A stretch of DNA of 64,000 nucleotides. Source: Gammaproteobacteria bacterium (GTDB taxonomy: Bacteria > Pseudomonadota > Gammaproteobacteria > GCA-002705445 > GCA-002716945). Below are positions 28,384 to 35,722 of the stretch, piece after piece (within the stretch, counting starts at the first letter, position 1; each line of letters starts with the position of its first letter). A program made the translations under genes and the position numbers. The notes below the pieces were generated by a model, which saw nothing but the letters and a program-made list of their open reading frames with translations, ran no database searches and was not told the DNA's origin. Where the stretch lies: contig JBJKYD010000010.1 of the NCBI GenBank assembly GCA_045561295.1, forward strand, positions 92,125 through 156,124, read 5' to 3'.

Positions 28384-29345
28384 ACTTGCGTATTATTATT
28401 CATTATAATTGAGAATAAATCATTAAAACTTGCCCATGAGTTGGAATTTTTTGAATTATATTTACTATTTATATCTAATTTTACAATATTTTTAAGTGCA
28501 TTCAACAAACTGTCAGTTGTATACCGACTAGATGCTACGTTATATTTTGTTTGCAAGAATTGAGGAATAAATGGTTTATTATTTTTTGATTGTTGAATCA
28601 AATATAGTTTTTCTAATTCAGAATTTAACAAAAAAATAATATATGTCAGTGGAGAATTTATGCTTTGAAGATAATTACTGATTTTAAGAAACTTTAGATA
28701 ATCTTTATTTAGTAGGGTATCAACTAAATCATACTCTCCATACTTAGAATTTTCTGCAGTGTCTCTCTTATCAATAACATCCATCAGGCTTTTTTGATAA
28801 ATAGTTTGTGATATTGATAAACTATTATTAAAATTTAATTCAATCAAATTGCTTATAAATTGATCATCGTGACTAATCTTATTTATTTTACATTTATTAA
28901 TAACCCACTGCTCAAGAAGTTTACCTTTTAGTTCATATAGCTCAATCAAACATGAATTTGAGCTGATATGTTTATAAAACTTTGTGTTTTTGAACGATGA
29001 TGGCTGTCTATCTAATTTAATAATAATTCTATTTTGATTTTTATTGGTAATAACAGTTTCAATAAATACCTTAAGGTTTTTTGGTATTGAATTGGACACG
29101 ATATTCAGTGTTATTATTTTTTTATCGTCAAATAATGACTGTTCAAAATAACTATTATTTATAATATCTGTTTGAGAATCATCATCTATTACATAGGTCT
29201 GCTGCTTGTAGTCAAGTTTCTTATAAAAGTTTAAAATATCATGCTCTAATTCATTACTGATGTTCCTTGGATTGCCATGTATAAAAAACAGTACCATCTC
29301 TGATGATAAAGGTAGTTTTTTAAATTTAATATAATCAACTATCAT
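28380..29345 (-). CDS. holA: DNA polymerase III delta subunit, divergent
   Basis: FFIHG, QSLFDDKKII, LEQWV and DINSK segments; size; position immediately upstream of proA. Confidence 0.75.
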   Translation of the reverse strand: MIVDYIKFKKLPLSSEMVLFFIHGNPRNISNELEHDILNFYKKLDYKQQTYVIDDDSQTDIINNSYFEQSLFDDKKIITLNIVSNSIPKNLKVFIETVITNKNQNRIIIKLDRQPSSFKNTKFYKHISSNSCLIELYELKGKLLEQWVINKCKINKISHDDQFISNLIELNFNNSLSISQTIYQKSLMDVIDKRDTAENSKYGEYDLVDTLLNKDYLKFLKISNYLQSINSPLTYIIFLLNSELEKLYLIQQSKNNKPFIPQFLQTKYNVASSRYTTDSLLNALKNIVKLDINSKYNSKNSNSWASFNDLFSIIMNNNTQV

Positions 29346-29372
29346 GAGTTGAATTATACTATATTAGACACT
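29346..29372. promoter_or_regulatory. 27-bp bidirectional leaderless-type promoter region
   Basis: Minus: TATAAT (29358-29353), 7 nt, ATG of holA. Plus: TATATT (29360-29365), 7 nt, ATG at 29373. No SD on either side. Confidence 0.55.
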
Positions 29373-30260
29373 ATGAAGAGAGCTAAAAAAAATAAGATTG
29401 GTTTTGTTGGTTTAGGTATTATGGGCAAGCCCATGGTTGTCAATCTAATCAAAGACGGATATAAAGTTAGCTTCTTTGCTCGAAAGAAAAAGATCATCAA
29501 TGAAATTTGTAAGATTGGGGGGATATTTGTACCATTAATTAAAGACTTACCATTACACGCAGACACAATAATTACAAATTTACCTAATACAAAAGATGTA
29601 AAAGAAGTTGTAATTGGAAAAAATGGATTATTGCCTAATTTAAATAAAGATGCATGTATCATAGATATGAGCACTATTTCACCAGAAGGAACAAAAAATA
29701 TAAGCGCTACTTTGAAAAGAAAAGGGGTTTTTTTTATTGATGCTCCTGTATCTGGTGGTGAAGCAGGTGCCATCTCTGGTGAGCTATCCATAATGGCTGG
29801 AGGTGAAAAGAAAGCTTTCACTAAAGTTAAACCTATACTTTCCGTGCTTGGCAAAAAAATTACTTATATTGGCGCAAGTGGCTCAGGACAAATATGCAAG
29901 TTATGTAACCAAATATTAGTAGCTCAAACAATTAACTCAATAAGCCAAATTATAGGTATAGCAATGAAGGCTAAAATTAAACCTGACATAATTAGGAGAG
30001 CTTTACTAGGCGGTTATGCAAATAGTAAGATATTAGAGATACACGGTGAAAGGATGATAAAGTCTGATTACAAGCCTGGGTTTAAACTGTCACTTCATAA
30101 TAAAGACCTGAATATTGCTAAATCATTTACGAGATCTTTAGGGCTAAATTTTAAAGGTCTTAATGAGGTAAAAAAAATAATGGATGAAGCAGAAAATACA
30201 GGGTATTCCGAATCAGATTCATCAGTCATACATCGTATATTAGAAAAAACTTATAAATAA
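29373..30260 (+). CDS. NAD(P)-dependent beta-hydroxyacid dehydrogenase (GarR/GlxR tartronate semialdehyde reductase-like)
   Basis: IGFVGLGIMGKPM, IDMSTISP, DAPVSGGE, GQICKLCNQ and PGFKLSLHNKDL; ATG at 29373 preferred. Confidence 0.9.
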   Translation: MKRAKKNKIGFVGLGIMGKPMVVNLIKDGYKVSFFARKKKIINEICKIGGIFVPLIKDLPLHADTIITNLPNTKDVKEVVIGKNGLLPNLNKDACIIDMSTISPEGTKNISATLKRKGVFFIDAPVSGGEAGAISGELSIMAGGEKKAFTKVKPILSVLGKKITYIGASGSGQICKLCNQILVAQTINSISQIIGIAMKAKIKPDIIRRALLGGYANSKILEIHGERMIKSDYKPGFKLSLHNKDLNIAKSFTRSLGLNFKGLNEVKKIMDEAENTGYSESDSSVIHRILEKTYK

Positions 30261-30298
30261 TTATTAAGCTTTTATAAATAATATATTATAATGCGAGT

Positions 30299-30697
30299 AT
30301 GGAAGCCAAATACGAGAAAATCTATAGAGATCTCAATGTAACCCCTACAAAACAGAGGGTCGATTTAGCTCATCTCATTTTTGCTAAAAAGCAACACTTC
30401 ACTGCAGCAGACTTAATAAGTTTAGCTGATAAAAATAAGTTGAATATCTCTATGGCTACAGTATACAATACATTATCTCTATTGGAGGACAAAGGAATGC
30501 TAAAAACAATTAATATAGACAACGAACTTAAGTTTTATGACACGAATCTAGATGATCATCATCATCTCTACAATACTACAATGAGCACACTTACTGATAT
30601 AGCTCATAACAGAGTTACATTCGCTGAATTACCTGAATTACCAAAAACTTTAGAAATAGAGAGCACAGAGCTCTTGATAAAAGTCAAAAATAAATAA
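30299..30697 (+). CDS. irr: Fur-family regulator of the Irr type
   Basis: TKQR, HFTA, SMATVYNTL and YDTNLDDHHHLYN (HHH motif), with no CxxC zinc site; an ICE box lies at the neighbouring operon. Confidence 0.78.
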   Translation: MEAKYEKIYRDLNVTPTKQRVDLAHLIFAKKQHFTAADLISLADKNKLNISMATVYNTLSLLEDKGMLKTINIDNELKFYDTNLDDHHHLYNTTMSTLTDIAHNRVTFAELPELPKTLEIESTELLIKVKNK

Positions 30698-30699
30698 CT

Positions 30700-31281
30700 T
30701 TAGTTATTATTTAAATCCTTAATTAAGCTTGCTCTAGTATCGGGCTCTAAATCGATTTCCTTATTGTATTCATTGTGGTTTACACCCATGCTGATTTTTT
30801 CGTTCGATAAAAATTCAGTTATATCGTCTTGGTCAAGCTGAAATCTTAAAAAGTGAACAGCAGATGTTTTGTTATCTGTGCTTCTTTCAAGATCTTCATC
30901 AGCAAATGCGGTAATCTTTCTAGAACCGCAAGACAACCAAATATTATTTTCGATGCCATGTAATTTAGATAGCATAACTTTCCTCTCATCAACATCAGGG
31001 TACATAATAAGCAATGTTGCTTTTAAGTTATCTCCGTCAGGGATCAAAGGATTATATGCATCAATCTCTTCTTGCATTTCTCTTTTATTAAATATTTTTT
31101 CTATTCTAAGCATCTCTTGAACTTGATATTTAATAGTTGAGTAGTCTTCAAATAATAAAATAACATGTTCCCCGATAGAGACAGTTCTATTTTTTTTATG
31201 ATTAATTAGATCTTTTTTAATTACTTCTCTTTGATCATCATAATCTTCCAAAGAAAGTAAATCTTCAATTTTTAGTTTCAT
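30700..31281 (-). CDS. DUF3501-family protein
   Basis: YQVQEMLRIEK, YNPLIPDG and KTSAVHFLRF motifs; third gene of the rubrerythrin cluster. Confidence 0.88.
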   Translation of the reverse strand: MKLKIEDLLSLEDYDDQREVIKKDLINHKKNRTVSIGEHVILLFEDYSTIKYQVQEMLRIEKIFNKREMQEEIDAYNPLIPDGDNLKATLLIMYPDVDERKVMLSKLHGIENNIWLSCGSRKITAFADEDLERSTDNKTSAVHFLRFQLDQDDITEFLSNEKISMGVNHNEYNKEIDLEPDTRASLIKDLNNN

Positions 31282-32609
31282 TTTTTTATTCCATAAGCTT
31301 TTTTAATTAAACTGATTGGGTGTTCTGGTGCTTGCATATTCCCGAGAGAGTTTTCAATATGATGTGCAGCTAAGGAACAGTCGCTCGTGAAGCTATCAAA
31401 CTTAGATTCCTTAAATGCCTTAGTTATTGGTCTAGCTATTTTAATTGCTATTTCATGAGTTTCAGCTTTAACCCCATATGTACCATCATGTCCCGAGCAT
31501 CTTTCAATTGCATTTACAGTGGTTCCAGGAACTAATTCTAAGATTTTTTTGGTCAGCATTCCAATATTTTGTACTCTCTGATGACAGGCAACTTGATACG
31601 ATACATCACCCAATTCTGTGCCAAAATCTTTATTGAGGGTGCCTTCATTATTGAGAATATTTAAAAACTCAAAAGGGTCTCTGAAGGCTTTGGATACAAG
31701 CGATAATTCTTTATTTTCTGGAAAAAGTAGCGGTAGTTCTTGTTTATACATGAGAACGCATGAAGGAATCGGTGCAACTAGAAGATATCCATCATCAACA
31801 TATTTCTTAAATTTAGATAGATTTTTATTCATCATTTTTTCTACTAGTTCTATATCACCAAGTTCAAGTTTAGGCATACCGCAGCAGTTATCATCTTTTA
31901 TTATTTCAACAGTAATATTGTTATGTTTTAAAATATCATAAAAATCTTTGATAACACCGGGCTCATTATAATTATGATAACAAGTCGTAAATATAGCTAT
32001 CTTGTATTTAGAGTCGCTAACTTGATTTGATAACCCAAGTTGTTTTGCAGTCTTTGAGACAAACTGTGGTAGTTTAGCATTTTCATGAATACCAAATAAT
32101 TTACTTAGAACTTTTCTAAATAATTTAACCTTGTTAAAAATATTTACTAAAGATGAGATAACTTTTCTCGAGAATATTTGTCCTAATTTATCCGTTGAGG
32201 TGAGGACTTTATCTCTAAAAGATATTTTGTTTTTTGAGTTTTTGATTACTTTTCCCCTTAACATTAAATGTGGAAAATCTATTTCCCATTCATGAGGAGG
32301 TACATAAGGGCATTTTGTCATGAAACATAAATCACACAAGTAACAATCATCTATTACTGATTCAAATTGATTATATTGAACACCATCTACTTCAAAAGTT
32401 TCTGATTCATCTATAAGATCAAAAAGAGTTGGAAATGAGTTACATAGACTTACACATCTTCTACATCCATGACATGCATCTGCGACTCTTCTTAGTTCCT
32501 CTTCATACTTATCTTCATTTAGGAAATCTGGGTTCTTCCAATCTATAATATGCCTAGTTGGTTTCTCAAGACCGCCTTCTGACGAAGCTTTTGCAATACT
32601 ATCTATCAT
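31278..32609 (-). CDS. Rubrerythrin-associated Fe-S oxidoreductase (GlpC/HdrD-like, CCG domains)
   Basis: CHGCRRCVSLC and CYLCDLCFMTKC 4Fe-4S motifs; NCCGMP and RCSGHDG. Confidence 0.9.
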   Translation of the reverse strand: MIDSIAKASSEGGLEKPTRHIIDWKNPDFLNEDKYEEELRRVADACHGCRRCVSLCNSFPTLFDLIDESETFEVDGVQYNQFESVIDDCYLCDLCFMTKCPYVPPHEWEIDFPHLMLRGKVIKNSKNKISFRDKVLTSTDKLGQIFSRKVISSLVNIFNKVKLFRKVLSKLFGIHENAKLPQFVSKTAKQLGLSNQVSDSKYKIAIFTTCYHNYNEPGVIKDFYDILKHNNITVEIIKDDNCCGMPKLELGDIELVEKMMNKNLSKFKKYVDDGYLLVAPIPSCVLMYKQELPLLFPENKELSLVSKAFRDPFEFLNILNNEGTLNKDFGTELGDVSYQVACHQRVQNIGMLTKKILELVPGTTVNAIERCSGHDGTYGVKAETHEIAIKIARPITKAFKESKFDSFTSDCSLAAHHIENSLGNMQAPEHPISLIKKAYGIKK

Positions 32610-32635
32610 TCATCTTCCCTGTATTATTAATTTAT

Positions 32636-32662
32636 ATGTGGGCGATGATACATCGCCCACAT
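32636..32662. other. Intercistronic hairpin after rubrerythrin (probable mRNA stabiliser)
   Basis: ATGTGGGCGATG-ata-CATCGCCCACAT, 12-bp perfect stem, no U tract on the minus strand. Confidence 0.65.
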
Positions 32663-32670
32663 TCACATGA

Positions 32671-33090
32671 TTAAGATATTGATTCTAATGCTTTTGTAAA
32701 ACGATTAGCATGTGATCTTTCTGCTTTAGCTAGTGTCTCAAACCAATCAGCAATTTCATCATGACCCTCGTCTCTTGCTGTTTTAGCCATACCAGGATAC
32801 ATGTCTGTGTATTCATGTGTTTCACCTGCTATTGCAGCTTTAAGATTAAGAACGCTATCTCCGATTGGTTCACCTGTAGCAGGGTCTCCACATTCTTTTT
32901 CTAAGTATTCTAAATGCCCATGAGCATGTCCTGTCTCACCTTCAGCTGTAGAACGAAAAACAGTAGCTATATCATTTTGACCTTCAACATCAGCTTTTGC
33001 AGCAAAATACAGATATCTTCTATTTGCTTGAGATTCCCCTGCAAATGCATCTTTTAAATTTTGTTCAGTTTTTGAACCTTTTAAACTCAT
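32671..33090 (-). CDS. rbr: Short (aerobic-type) rubrerythrin without a rubredoxin domain
   Basis: FAGESQANRRY, EGETGHAHGH, GETHEYTDMYP and AERSHA di-iron ligands; SD AGGAG. Confidence 0.94.
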   Translation of the reverse strand: MSLKGSKTEQNLKDAFAGESQANRRYLYFAAKADVEGQNDIATVFRSTAEGETGHAHGHLEYLEKECGDPATGEPIGDSVLNLKAAIAGETHEYTDMYPGMAKTARDEGHDEIADWFETLAKAERSHANRFTKALESIS

Positions 33091-33109
33091 AATGTTCTCC
33101 TAGATTATT

Positions 33110-33148
33110 ATTTAGAATCATTCTAAATTTATACGATATATATGTCAA
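33110..33148 (-). promoter_or_regulatory. Sigma70 promoter of rbr with a perfect ICE (Irr) box over the -10
   Basis: TTGACA (33148-33143), 17 bp, TAGAAT (33125-33120); TTTAGAA-tca-TTCTAAA at 33111-33127. Confidence 0.88.
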
Positions 33149-33174
33149 TCAAATTCTGGTAAAATACAAAAGAT

Positions 33175-33193
33175 GATAATGATTCTTGTTATC
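33175..33193. promoter_or_regulatory. Fur-box-like site just downstream of the putative pyrD -10
   Basis: GATAATGATTCTTGTTATC, 15/19 match to GATAATGATAATCATTATC; TGgTAAAAT at 33157-33165. Confidence 0.5.
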
Positions 33194-33208
33194 TTTTGAG
33201 AAAATATT

Positions 33209-34219
33209 TTGAACAATATATTATTTAAACTTTATCAAAAAATTGCTTTTCTTGGGGATGCAGAGAAAGTACACAATATTTCTCTGCCCATTCTTGAATT
33301 TGTATATAAAAGTTATTTTGGAAAAGTTTTTCATAAGAAAATAATCAGTAAAAAAACAAAACAATTTGATATTTCATTTGACAACCCTGTTGGTCTAGCC
33401 GCAGGATTTGATAAAAACGCTGATTATTTGAATTTTCTGTCCAATATAGGATTTGGATTTATAGAAGTTGGGACATTAACGCCAAAACCACAGCCAGGTA
33501 ATCCAAAGCCCAGAGTCTTTAGAGTAATAAATGAACAAGCTATCATCAATCATCTTGGCTTTAATAATAAAGGTATAGATCATGGAATTAATCAAATTAA
33601 GAAGTTTAATAAAAATATTCCTATAGGCATCAATATTGGCAAAAATGCAACCACTGATATTAAAGATGCTTTTCGTGACTATGAATATTGCCTTAGAAAA
33701 TCATATTCCGTAGCAGATTATATTACATTGAATATTTCATCCCCAAATACAAAAAATTTGAGGGATTTACAATCAGTAAGTAATATGGAAAGCTTTCTTG
33801 ACTCAATAAAAATATTACATAATAATTTAAAAAAAGTTTATAAGAAACATACCCCTTTGGTTGTAAAAATAGCTCCAGATATTGAAGAAGAACCGCTTAA
33901 GGACTTGTTAAATCTTGTTAATAGTTATGATATTGATGGAATAATTTGTACCAATACAACTATAGATAAAACTAACTTAGATCATAAATTCAAAAATATT
34001 CAGGGAGGATTAAGTGGCAAGCCTTTATATGAAAAATCAAACATTGTTCTTAAAAATGTAAAAAAACATTTGAATGATGATATTACCATTATAGGTGTAG
34101 GTGGTATAGATTCTGCTTCATCCGCAAATGAAAAGTTTAAATTGGGGGCAAACCTCGTTCAGCTTTACACTGGTCTAGTGTACAAAGGACCAAATCTAAT
34201 CAAAAACATTTTAAATTAA
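33209..34219 (+). CDS. pyrD: Quinone-dependent dihydroorotate dehydrogenase
   Basis: NPVGLAAGFDKN, QPGNPKPRVFR, NISSPNT, KIAPD, TNTT and GGLSG motifs. Confidence 0.96.
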   Translation: MNNILFKLYQKIAFLGDAEKVHNISLPILEFVYKSYFGKVFHKKIISKKTKQFDISFDNPVGLAAGFDKNADYLNFLSNIGFGFIEVGTLTPKPQPGNPKPRVFRVINEQAIINHLGFNNKGIDHGINQIKKFNKNIPIGINIGKNATTDIKDAFRDYEYCLRKSYSVADYITLNISSPNTKNLRDLQSVSNMESFLDSIKILHNNLKKVYKKHTPLVVKIAPDIEEEPLKDLLNLVNSYDIDGIICTNTTIDKTNLDHKFKNIQGGLSGKPLYEKSNIVLKNVKKHLNDDITIIGVGGIDSASSANEKFKLGANLVQLYTGLVYKGPNLIKNILN

Positions 34220-34220
34220 G

Positions 34221-34514
34221 TTACTCTGGTTTCCATTTCCCATATGCATCTTCACCAGGTTGACTAGTCGACTGAGCATTGTCCTGTTGCGAAGCGTTTG
34301 ACTGCTGGTCATAAACATATTGAGTAAATTCAATAAGTTGTTTTAGTATATCGTCTCTATCTTTTTTTGGAATATCTGCTGTTGCTACTATTGACCCAAC
34401 AACTGCAGACAAATACTGGGATGCAAGAATAGGATCTTCATTTTTAGGCTCATACTCGACAAGTACCTTCTGTAATCCCTTAAGTAATTCAGGTTTTAAT
34501 ATAATTTCGGTCAT
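34221..34514 (-). CDS. Hypothetical helical protein
   Basis: 97-aa ORF filling the gap; helical core, Q/S-rich linker and terminal DAYGKWKPE. Confidence 0.7.
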   Translation of the reverse strand: MTEIILKPELLKGLQKVLVEYEPKNEDPILASQYLSAVVGSIVATADIPKKDRDDILKQLIEFTQYVYDQQSNASQQDNAQSTSQPGEDAYGKWKPE

Positions 34515-34547
34515 AATGTTAAGAAACTATATTATAATGATATTTAT

Positions 34548-35243
34548 ATGCAAGTTAATTCTACATTATCAGTTAAGACATTTGATGTTGGTCCAATGTT
34601 AAATATGATTTATCTTATCTGGGATAAGAAAACTAAAGAAGCTGCTTTAGTTGATCCTGCATGGGATCTTAGTCAGGTGCTTGATTTTATCAAAAAAAAT
34701 AATATTAATCTTAAAAAAATACTTTTGACGCATAGTCATCATGATCATGTAAACTCGGTTGATAAATTACTAAGTCTTTATGATGTTCCTATTTATATAA
34801 ATAAAATAGAGGCTAGTTTCTGGGGGAAGAAGTACGATAACTTGACAGGTTTAGATTCAGAAGAAAATATTTATTTAGGAAAATCTAAGTTAACATCAAT
34901 TCATACTCCAGGACATACGCCAGGGTCATGTTGTTACTCTTTTGATAACAATCTTATAGCTGGTGATACGCTATTTGTATTTGGTTGCGGTCGATGCGAC
35001 CTTCATGGAGGTAATCCTGAACAAATGTTTGAATCACTCAAGAACTTAAAAAATAATTTTCATAAAAATACGATTATTATGCCTGGTCATAATTATTCTA
35101 TAAGTAGACAATCGACTCTTGAAGAAGAAATTAGTGGTAATCCTTTTTTTAATTTTAATAACCTAAAAGAGTTTGTTAAGTATCGTATGCACGATCATGA
35201 CAAAACCAGAGAGGAACCATATGCGCCAATCAGATCGTGTTAG
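34548..35243 (+). CDS. Metallo-beta-lactamase-fold hydrolase, glyoxalase II-like
   Basis: THSHHDH, HTPGHTPG, GDTLFVFGCGRCD and PGHNY motifs. Confidence 0.9.
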   Translation: MQVNSTLSVKTFDVGPMLNMIYLIWDKKTKEAALVDPAWDLSQVLDFIKKNNINLKKILLTHSHHDHVNSVDKLLSLYDVPIYINKIEASFWGKKYDNLTGLDSEENIYLGKSKLTSIHTPGHTPGSCCYSFDNNLIAGDTLFVFGCGRCDLHGGNPEQMFESLKNLKNNFHKNTIIMPGHNYSISRQSTLEEEISGNPFFNFNNLKEFVKYRMHDHDKTREEPYAPIRSC

Positions 35244-35722
35244 CTTTGGAAACCAGCTTTAAATTTTAATAACAGTTTTCTTACTAAATTTCGATTTATC
35301 GACTCAATTGCTGTATTTTCTCTTTCTCTTGTCCCTTGCATTTGAGATTCATTAAAGTCATATGATGCGCTTGCTTTCAATGTTCCAGAAATAATATTTT
35401 CTTTAGAATAAATAAATTGATATTTAATGATTTTATTGATTTCATATTCATCTACTCTTCCAGACGAATTGACTGATAATTGTCTTTTTTTACTTTCAAT
35501 GCTTAGTAGTTTAATGGCAGGGTACATAGATTCATTAAGAGAATCTTTTCTATATGCTAATAATTTCTGTTCTAATATTCTTGTTAAACTATTTTTGTTG
35601 TCAGCTATGATTTTTACGTTTTCTAGCCCTTCAATGTTCACAGACCCTCTTAATTGATAACCACATGACGAAATAGATACAATTATAATAGTTGTTAATA
35701 ATAATGATTTTAATTGTTTCAT
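35240..35722 (-). CDS. lptE: LPS assembly lipoprotein LptE
   Basis: Lipobox ISSC followed by GYQLRG; directly downstream of leuS. Confidence 0.9.
   Translation of the reverse strand: MKQLKSLLLTTIIIVSISSCGYQLRGSVNIEGLENVKIIADNKNSLTRILEQKLLAYRKDSLNESMYPAIKLLSIESKKRQLSVNSSGRVDEYEINKIIKYQFIYSKENIISGTLKASASYDFNESQMQGTRERENTAIESINRNLVRKLLLKFKAGFQS

Noticed and set aside
30251-30292. Direct repeat TTATAAATAA (30251-30260, 30272-30281) and a PerR-like palindrome before irr
   Set aside because: Almost pure A/T sequence with imperfect symmetry; it cannot be told from background.
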